Assembly: GCA_022823775.1 (NCBI GenBank)
Contig: JAJEHI010000048.1
Coordinates: 42,267-106,266, forward strand
Direction of reading: 5' to 3'
DNA from: Defluviicoccus sp.
GTDB taxonomy: Bacteria > Pseudomonadota > Alphaproteobacteria > MPNO01
DNA length: 64,000 bases
Shown piece after piece: positions 57,957-64,000 of this stretch. Numbering within the stretch: position 1 is the stretch's first letter; the number at the start of each line of letters is the position of its first letter. The translations under genes and the position numbers were made by a program. The notes beneath the pieces were generated by a model. That model was not told where the DNA came from, ran no database searches, and was given only the letters and a program-made list of their open reading frames with translations.

Positions 57957-58943
57957 ATGTACAAGACGCGCGGTCGCTCTTCCGCCGGACGGGCGGTTTC
58001 CCTGCTTGCCACTTTGGCCGCGGGCCTCACGTGGCTCGCCTGCGGCGATCTCCGCGCCGAGGAGCCGATCCTGCCGATCCCCGAAAATGTCGACGTCGAT
58101 CCGGCCAAGGTCGAGCTGGGCCGAAAGCTGTTCCACGACCCGATATTGTCGAAGGACGGCACGATCTCCTGCGCTAGCTGCCACGATCTGGCGGGCGGCG
58201 GCGATGACGGCCGCAAGATTTCGCTCGGCGTCGACGACAAGCCGGGAATGGTCAACTCGCCCACCGTGTTCAACGCGGGCATGAACTTCAAGCAGTTCTG
58301 GGACGGCCGCGCGAGCACGCTCGAGCATCAGATCGACGGTCCGGTGCAAACCGCCTTCGAGATGGGCAGTCTCTGGCCGGACGTCGTCGCCAAGCTCTAC
58401 CGCGACGGCGCCTATCCCAAGCTCTTCAAGAAGAGCTATCCCGACGGGATCAATCGCAAGAACGTCAAAAACGTCATCGCCGAGTTCGTAAGGTCCCTCA
58501 ACACTCCCAACAGCCGCTTCGACCGGTGGCTGAAAGGCGACAAGAACGCTCTCAACGCGCAGGAAAAGCGCGGCTACGCATTGTTCAAGGACTATGGCTG
58601 CTCGTCGTGCCACCAGGGCGCGAACGTCGGCGGGAACATGTTCCAGGTGTTCGGCGTCCTGAACGACTACTTCAAGAAACGCGGCAACATCACGGAAGCC
58701 GATCTGGGCCGCTACAACATCACCGGAAACGAAGAAGACCGGCACGCCTTCAAGGTTCCCAGCCTGCGGATGGCGGCGATGACGGCACCCTATCTGCATG
58801 ACGGAAACGCGGCCACGCTCCGCGACGCCGTCGACGCGATGTTCGAATTTCAACTGGGGCGCGAAGCCCCCGACAAGGACAAGGAAGCCATCGTGGCGTT
58901 CATCGAGACGCTGGTGGGCGAATCCAAGGAGCTATCGAAATGA
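57957..58943 (+). CDS. ccpA: Di-haem cytochrome c peroxidase (CcpA/MauG family), periplasmic
   Basis: Two CxxCH haem motifs (CASCHD, CSSCHQG), a signal peptide, and the conserved FKVPSLRMAAMTAPYLHDG. The track begins at a GTG at 57945; the ATG at 57957 is preferred. Confidence 0.85.
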   Translation: MYKTRGRSSAGRAVSLLATLAAGLTWLACGDLRAEEPILPIPENVDVDPAKVELGRKLFHDPILSKDGTISCASCHDLAGGGDDGRKISLGVDDKPGMVNSPTVFNAGMNFKQFWDGRASTLEHQIDGPVQTAFEMGSLWPDVVAKLYRDGAYPKLFKKSYPDGINRKNVKNVIAEFVRSLNTPNSRFDRWLKGDKNALNAQEKRGYALFKDYGCSSCHQGANVGGNMFQVFGVLNDYFKKRGNITEADLGRYNITGNEEDRHAFKVPSLRMAAMTAPYLHDGNAATLRDAVDAMFEFQLGREAPDKDKEAIVAFIETLVGESKELSK

Positions 58944-60733
58944 GGTCTGGCGCAGTCATTCTCGGCATTGCCGTCTCCGCCGTCCTGCTGGCCGTCGCGG
59001 GCGGTCTTTATGTGCTGGCGGGCAATAACAGCGGAGACGGTTATCGCAAGGCGATCGATCTCGTGCGGCAGATCCAGCTGCTGTCGTCGGAATGGAGCAT
59101 GGAAGTCACGCGCGTGAAATCCGATCAGTTCGCCGATTTCGACTCGCTGGCCGCCTTCCTGCCGCGCATGGCGCGGCTGAAGGACGAGCTTGCCGACACG
59201 GCCCAGCGCATCCCCCAACTTCCCGACCGGATCGCCAGCGACATGCAGGCCTATCTCAACGCGATCGAAGCGAAGGAAGAGCGCATAGAACGCTTCAAGA
59301 CGGGCTACGCCGTGGTGCGCAACTCCAACCGCTACCTGCCGCTGGCCGCGACCAACGTCCTGCAGCAGGCGCAGAACTCGAGGGACGACGCGCTGGTCCG
59401 GAATATTTCGAGCCTGATCCGGGATGTGAACCTCTATCTCGCCACGCCGACGGACACGTCCCAGTCCCGGCTGACCGCCGAGATCAAGAAGCTCCGCGAA
59501 TCCAGCGTCTCCTATCCGCCTCCGCTCGCCAACGCGCTGGCCAATCTGTTCTCCCACGCCGAGGTGCTTGTGGCCAAGCAGGGGCCGACGGAGGAGCTGT
59601 TCAAGAGGGCCACGTCCGGCGAAGTCTCCGACCTGACGGAGCAGCTGAGCAGCAATCTGCAGTTCGAGCTCGGCAAGAAGGTGCTCCTCGCGACCTATTA
59701 CGACCGGGGCATTCTCGTGGTGTTCGCCGCGCTGATCCTGTTCTGGATCCTGCTCGCGCTGCAGCAGCGGATTCGCGGCGGCTCCGCCGTGACCCGGGTC
59801 GCTTCCCGCCCCTCGGCGATCGAGATCGCACCCGCGCCCGCCGGCGCCGGGGAGGCCGTCGTCGCGGCGGAGGAGACGCATCCGGCGCCGGTGCGGCCCG
59901 CGCCCGTCGAGGCGGAAGCCATCCGTCTGCCCGACGAACCCGAATCCCTGCCCGTCGCGGCGGCGGCTTCGTCCCCGGAACCGAGCGCCGAATCCATCCT
60001 GATGCAAGGGTTCGTCGTCAAATGCGTGGCCGGAATCATGGCCGCCTCGGCCGACGAAATCGCCGGCCGCATGGAGTATCTGCGCCGAACCCAGAACAGG
60101 ATCCAGGACGCCTTCCGAAACAGCGACGGTATCGCGGAAACGTCCGATGGAACGGATGTCGACGAAGAGATCGAAACGATCTCCGCCATCGCGCTGAGCG
60201 TCCGCCAGAGGATGAACGGCATCGCCGATCTCGCGAAGCGGCTCGACTCCTATTCCAACGGTCACGCCAACGGGGCGGACCGCGGAATGATCGACCTCAA
60301 CGCCTGTGTCGAGAACGTCATCGAGACCGCCGGTGCCGCGAACCGGGCGACGGTCGTGAGGAACCTGGGCGACATCCCGGAGATATTCGCCTCCAGGACC
60401 GAATTTCAGCTGCTCCTGTCGGAACTGATCGACAACTCGATGGTCGCGGTCGAGGGACTCGACGACAGAAAGGGCATCATCAAGATCGATACCGCGCGGA
60501 AGAACGACGAAATCCTGATCACCGTCATCGACAATGGCGACGGTATCGCCCCCGACAAGCGCGCGAACATCTTCAAGCCGTTCTACACGTCCCGCGACGG
60601 GGCGATGGGCATCGGCCTGACCCTCGCCGGTCACCTGGTCAAGAAATACGAGGGGGTCATCAAGATCAATTCGTTGCCCGGCCAGGGGACGGTGGCGCGC
60701 GTCACGCTGCCGGCCGGCGTGTCGGGGGCGTAG
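58940..60733 (+). CDS. Membrane sensor histidine-kinase-like protein (two TM helices, periplasmic domain, C-terminal HATPase_c); no canonical H-box recognised
   Basis: N-box LLLSELIDNSMVA, G1 DNGDGI, F FKPFYT, G2 GMGIGL. TM1 AVILGIAVSAVLLAVAGGLYV and TM2 ILVVFAALILFWILLAL. The ATG overlaps the ccp stop. Confidence 0.65.
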   Translation: MRSGAVILGIAVSAVLLAVAGGLYVLAGNNSGDGYRKAIDLVRQIQLLSSEWSMEVTRVKSDQFADFDSLAAFLPRMARLKDELADTAQRIPQLPDRIASDMQAYLNAIEAKEERIERFKTGYAVVRNSNRYLPLAATNVLQQAQNSRDDALVRNISSLIRDVNLYLATPTDTSQSRLTAEIKKLRESSVSYPPPLANALANLFSHAEVLVAKQGPTEELFKRATSGEVSDLTEQLSSNLQFELGKKVLLATYYDRGILVVFAALILFWILLALQQRIRGGSAVTRVASRPSAIEIAPAPAGAGEAVVAAEETHPAPVRPAPVEAEAIRLPDEPESLPVAAAASSPEPSAESILMQGFVVKCVAGIMAASADEIAGRMEYLRRTQNRIQDAFRNSDGIAETSDGTDVDEEIETISAIALSVRQRMNGIADLAKRLDSYSNGHANGADRGMIDLNACVENVIETAGAANRATVVRNLGDIPEIFASRTEFQLLLSELIDNSMVAVEGLDDRKGIIKIDTARKNDEILITVIDNGDGIAPDKRANIFKPFYTSRDGAMGIGLTLAGHLVKKYEGVIKINSLPGQGTVARVTLPAGVSGA

Positions 60734-60857
60734 CGAGACCGGAAGCGGGCGGGGAGCGGGATCGCCCCGACCCGTCGATAGACGCGTTACCAGCAACCTT
60801 TCAGCGAGTCGGAACCATGGAAAACCGTTACGACAACCCAATCCCGAGGGCGTTTCG

Positions 60858-62177
60858 ATGACTTCGCGGGGAGATCGAAACAGCAGCCTGCGGATGCAGC
60901 TGGTGTCCAACGCGCTCCTGAGCGTCGCGCTGCCGATCCTGATCGTCGGCGGATTGACCTTCTTTCTGCTCGCGTATCATCTCGACATCATCGAGACGAG
61001 CTTCGCGCGGAGCCGGGATGCGGTAACCAACGACATCGCGCGGACCGACCTCGTGTCGCGGGCGACAACCACCGCGAGCCAGATCGATACTTTCCTGGTC
61101 AGCCGTATCACCGAAGCCAAGGCCTGGGCGACGTCGAAGGCCGTCGTCGAGGCCGCCCGGTCGGCCGGCGCCAGGCACGCGGCCGAGGGGTTCGTCAAGA
61201 CCCCCGCCGCCGAGGTCGAAAGGAGATTCCGCATCGAAAAGAGCCTGGGCCTCTGGCCGGAAGCCGATTCCTTCCTGCGCCAGCAGGTCGCGGCGTCGCC
61301 TTACTTCGCGGAACTCTTCTTTACCGACAGCAACGGTTTCAACGTCGCGCTCACCAACCCCACCAGCGATTTCATCCAGTCCGACGAGGAATGGTGGAAG
61401 CGAGCCTGGAGCCAGGGGATTTCCGTGGGCGAGGTCGAGTACGACGACTCCGCCGGGGTCTGGTCCGTGGAAATCTCGGTCCGGATAGACAACCCGACCG
61501 GGAAAAAGGCGCTCGGCGTCATGAAGACGGTGCTCGCCATCGAGCCCATTCAGAACATCGCCGACAGGGCGGCCCAGTCCGTTCCGGGCGGCCGCGTCCA
61601 GGTCGCGACGGGGCGCGGCGCGCTGATCGCCGAGACGGCCTCCGGCCACGCCCGGGAACGAATTATGAATGGCGAAGTCAACGTGCAGGAACAGGGCGAA
61701 CCGTCGGTGCGGGCCGGTTTCGGCGGTGAACAGACGGGGTTCGCCACCGACCGGGAATGGCTCACGGGGTACGCCCGGACCGGCGGCCGCGAGACCTATG
61801 CTTCCGCCGTCGGCCGGTTCGCGGGTTTCGACTGGATCGTGATCGTCCAGAAACCGATCGCCGCCATCCACGAGCCGATCACGGCGCTTCGCGGTATCGA
61901 GGACGCGCTGCGCGATTGGCGCCTCATTCTCGCGCTGGCCCTGGGCGGCATGGCGTTGCTGAGTTCGGTGCTGGCGATTTCCCTCGCCGTCGGGGCCGCC
62001 CGGCGTTACGCGAACGCCCTGGGCGCGGTCACCGAGATGGCCGAACGTTCGGCCCGGGGCGAACGGGTCAGTCCCGCGGTCATCCGCAACCCCCAGGAGA
62101 TCGTTCGCGTGAACGACGCCGTCCATCGCCTGGTTCAGGTGTTCGCCGGCGTCCGGGAGCGACCGCGAGCGACGTAG
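60858..62177 (+). CDS. Cache-domain sensor with two TM helices and a C-terminal HAMP domain, lacking any output domain
   Basis: TM1 LLSVALPILIVGGLTFFLLA, a ~300-aa periplasmic Cache-like region, TM2 LILALALGGMALLSSVLAISLAV, then HAMP-like NALGAVTEMAERSARGERVSPAVIRNPQEIVRVNDAVHRLVQVF, followed by the stop. Confidence 0.6.
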   Translation: MTSRGDRNSSLRMQLVSNALLSVALPILIVGGLTFFLLAYHLDIIETSFARSRDAVTNDIARTDLVSRATTTASQIDTFLVSRITEAKAWATSKAVVEAARSAGARHAAEGFVKTPAAEVERRFRIEKSLGLWPEADSFLRQQVAASPYFAELFFTDSNGFNVALTNPTSDFIQSDEEWWKRAWSQGISVGEVEYDDSAGVWSVEISVRIDNPTGKKALGVMKTVLAIEPIQNIADRAAQSVPGGRVQVATGRGALIAETASGHARERIMNGEVNVQEQGEPSVRAGFGGEQTGFATDREWLTGYARTGGRETYASAVGRFAGFDWIVIVQKPIAAIHEPITALRGIEDALRDWRLILALALGGMALLSSVLAISLAVGAARRYANALGAVTEMAERSARGERVSPAVIRNPQEIVRVNDAVHRLVQVFAGVRERPRAT

Positions 62178-62262
62178 GTCCGGTCCGCCGCCCCTTTGCG
62201 AACCGACGGGACCCGTCGAATGACGATCCCGCGAGGATGCGCGGAGAGGCGCGCGCGGCAAG

Positions 62263-62745
62263 GTGGAGAGCCGTTCGATGGCGAACGCAACCGCATGGAT
62301 CGTCTGGCTGGCGGGGTGGGCCGCATGCGGCCTGTTCGTCGCCGCCGCGGTCAGCGACCTTCGGACCCGCCAGGTGTCGAACGCGATACCCCTGCTGCTG
62401 CTCGGGCTTTTCGCGGTGTACGCGGCGGCCGGCGCGGTCCGGCCCGCAACGTCGCTCTGGCAGCATCTGGCGATAGGCGCCGTACTGCTCGCCGCCGGTT
62501 TCGCGCTCTACACGACCGGTCGCTTCGGCGGGGCCGATGCGAAGCTGATCGCCGTGGCGGGGTTGTGGGCCGGTCCGAACGACCTGGCGGCGTTCCTGTT
62601 CGTTCTGGGCGGGTGCGCTTTGTTGCTGAGCCTGTATGCCTTGCTGCCTCACGCGGGGGCGCGGCGTCTGCGGTCGGAACTTCCCTTCGCCCTGGCGATC
62701 GCGCCGCCGAGCCTGGCGGTCATCGTCCCGCGCGCGCTGCCATGA
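62263..62745 (+). CDS. cpaA: Prepilin peptidase CpaA/TadV (A24 family)
   Basis: 160 aa polytopic membrane protein; the catalytic Asp contexts are AAVSDLRTRQVSN and GGADAKL. Confidence 0.75.
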   Translation: MESRSMANATAWIVWLAGWAACGLFVAAAVSDLRTRQVSNAIPLLLLGLFAVYAAAGAVRPATSLWQHLAIGAVLLAAGFALYTTGRFGGADAKLIAVAGLWAGPNDLAAFLFVLGGCALLLSLYALLPHAGARRLRSELPFALAIAPPSLAVIVPRALP

Positions 62746-62783
62746 CGTCCCCGGGACGGCGCTAGAACGGGAGATCTTCCCCG

Positions 62784-64000
62784 ATGCAAAGATACCGTAC
62801 GGTTATCGTCCTGCTTCTCCTGGTGGCCGTGCCGCTTGCCGCGGCGGTGGTCGCGGCGCGCTTCTTCATGCCCGGAACCGGTGCCGAGCCGGGTCGGGCG
62901 GAAGCGAAGCAGGTGGCTCCCGGCCCCGCCGAGAAGCCGAAGATGCGCAAGATCTTCGTGGCCGCCCGCAGGCTTCCGGTGGGCACGCTGTTGACCGATG
63001 ACGATCTGACGACGCTCGATCTGCCGGAAAATGAGATCAGGCGCGCCCATCTCGCGATGGACGGCCCGAAGGCGGTCGACGGGCTGCGCGGCCACGCGGT
63101 GCGCGAGCCCGTCGCCGCGGGTGCGCCGCTCGTCCGGTCGGCGGTCGTCGGACCGGGCCAGCGGGGCTTCCTCGCGGCCGTTCTCAAGCCCGGCACGCGC
63201 GCGGTGACGATCCGGCTCGGAAAGGGGGCGAGACATGCCGGCCTGATCGATCCGGGCGATCGGGTGGACGTGATTCTCACCGCCAAGCTGCGGCTCGAAG
63301 GTCGGGTGCAGACGGTGTTCGCGCGGACCATCCTGGAGGACGTGCGCGTCGTCGCCGTCGACCGCCAAGTCGGGGCGAGCACCGAAACGCCCGAGGGCGG
63401 CAAGCGGGTCAAGCGGACCGAAATCCTCACCGCGACGCTGGAGGTCTCGCCGGCCCAGGCGGATCGTCTGGCGCTGGGCGAACACGAGGGCGAGCTCTCG
63501 CTCGCGGTGCGCTCCCTCATCGGTGCCGTGGAGCGGGTGCGAAACGAAGCGGTGGACCTCCAGGAGCTGTTGTCCCTGACCAAGGAGGCGCCGCCCTCCT
63601 CCGAGCCGGCCGCGCCCGCCCCGCCGCCGCCGATCGTCGAGGAGCCCGCGACACGGGCGGTTCTCGCGGCGGCCCGGGCGCTGCCCGTGGGGACGCTTCT
63701 CACGGGCGAGGACTTCGCCGAAATCGAGATCGCGGCGGAAGACGTCCGGCGCGAGCATGTCGTCGCGGCCGACGGCGCGGCGATCGAATCGTTGCGCGGA
63801 TATGCCGTCCGCGAGCCGGTCGGTGCCGGAGCGGCTCTCACCTGGTCCTCCGTCGTCGGACCCGGTCAGAGAGGCTTTCTCGCGGCCGTTCTCGATCCCG
63901 GCACCCGCGCGGTGACGATCCAGCTCGGAAAAGGAACGAGGCATGCCGGCCTGATCGATCCGGGCGATCGCGTGGACGTGATCCTGACCGCGAAGCTGGC
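62784..64000 (+). CDS. cpaB: CpaB/RcpC Flp-pilus assembly protein, 3'-truncated by window edge, containing an internal tandem duplication of the SAF-RcpC module
   Basis: Manual translation of frame 0 from the ATG at 62784 gives MQRYRTVIVLLLLVAVPLAAAVVAARFF..., with the block KIFVAARRLPVGTLLT...VVGPGQRGFLAAVLKPGTRAVTIRLGKGARHAGLIDPGDRVDVILTAKL occurring twice. It is not in the ORF track because there is no stop in the window. Confidence 0.75.
   Translation, partial: MQRYRTVIVLLLLVAVPLAAAVVAARFFMPGTGAEPGRAEAKQVAPGPAEKPKMRKIFVAARRLPVGTLLTDDDLTTLDLPENEIRRAHLAMDGPKAVDGLRGHAVREPVAAGAPLVRSAVVGPGQRGFLAAVLKPGTRAVTIRLGKGARHAGLIDPGDRVDVILTAKLRLEGRVQTVFARTILEDVRVVAVDRQVGASTETPEGGKRVKRTEILTATLEVSPAQADRLALGEHEGELSLAVRSLIGAVERVRNEAVDLQELLSLTKEAPPSSEPAAPAPPPPIVEEPATRAVLAAARALPVGTLLTGEDFAEIEIAAEDVRREHVVAADGAAIESLRGYAVREPVGAGAALTWSSVVGPGQRGFLAAVLDPGTRAVTIQLGKGTRHAGLIDPGDRVDVILTAKL
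63060..64000 (+). repeat. Intragenic tandem duplication, period 708 bp (236 codons), within cpaB; last ~150 bp of each copy about 85-90% identical at the nucleotide level
   Basis: Seen directly: gtcgtcggaccgggccagcggggcttcctcgcggccgttctcaagcccggcacgcgcgcggtgacgatccggctcggaaagggggcgagacatgccggcctgatcgatccgggcgatcgggtggacgtgattctcaccgccaagctg at ~63144 against a near-identical run at ~63852. Confidence 0.7.

Noticed and set aside
62649-63944. Minus-strand ORFs 62649..63944 (431 aa) and 62762..63841 (359 aa)
   Set aside because: They are antisense to cpaB. Their translations are Arg/Gly/Ser-rich, without domains, while the plus frame 0 gives a clean CpaB-like sequence with an N-terminal TM.

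Overview
This 64 kb window is high-GC (about 68-70%) chromosomal DNA, most likely from an alphaproteobacterium. The conserved core block mutM / ubiE-ubiB-DUF1491-coaBC-dut-moeB and the Caulobacter/Rhizobium-type Flp (Tad) pilus genes support that placement. The window contains the following, in order:

- **1-10.9 kb:** a minus-strand catabolic operon (Rieske oxygenase, isochorismatase-like hydrolase, hydantoinase A/B, and the 5' part of a CoxM-like Mo-hydroxylase FAD subunit), a divergent LLM monooxygenase, and an acyl-CoA dehydrogenase / family-III CoA-transferase / MaoC-hydratase operon.
- **11.0-14.1 kb:** an intact vapBC toxin-antitoxin pair, an M20 amidohydrolase, and a second HTH-antitoxin/PIN-toxin pair in which the toxin is broken by a perfect 11-bp tandem duplication.
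- **14.3-18.6 kb:** a gamma-glutamyltransferase / amidohydrolase / DSD1-like PLP enzyme operon.
- **18.7-30 kb:** a cupin protein, a class II aldolase, a TPP enzyme, and two complete TRAP transporters (dctPQM). The two transporters flank a 680-bp intergenic region that carries a MITE-like inverted-repeat element, and one of them is coupled to an FAD oxidoreductase.
- **30-36.7 kb:** a TPR protein, a PhnD-like binding protein, an alpha/beta hydrolase, a VanA-like Rieske oxygenase, an amidase and an enoyl-CoA hydratase.
- **36.7-43.9 kb:** housekeeping genes (mutM, ubiE, ubiB, coaBC, dut, moeB, a DsrE-like protein).
- **43.9-64 kb:** an AT-rich boundary with a palindromic operator, a LysR regulator, and a large, unusually organised Tad/Flp pilus locus.

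The Tad locus is the most interesting part. It has a TadD-like TPR domain fused to the CpaC secretin, two CpaE/TadZ paralogues that both lack the Walker-A lysine, and the Flp pilin gene sitting in the middle of the assembly genes. A di-haem cytochrome c peroxidase, a histidine-kinase-like ATPase without a canonical H-box, and a Cache-HAMP sensor with no output domain are embedded between tadC and cpaA. CpaB carries an internal 708-bp tandem duplication of its SAF/RcpC module.

No rRNA, tRNA or CRISPR array was recognised. Many long ORFs in the supplied track are GC-driven antisense or alternative-frame artefacts and were rejected.
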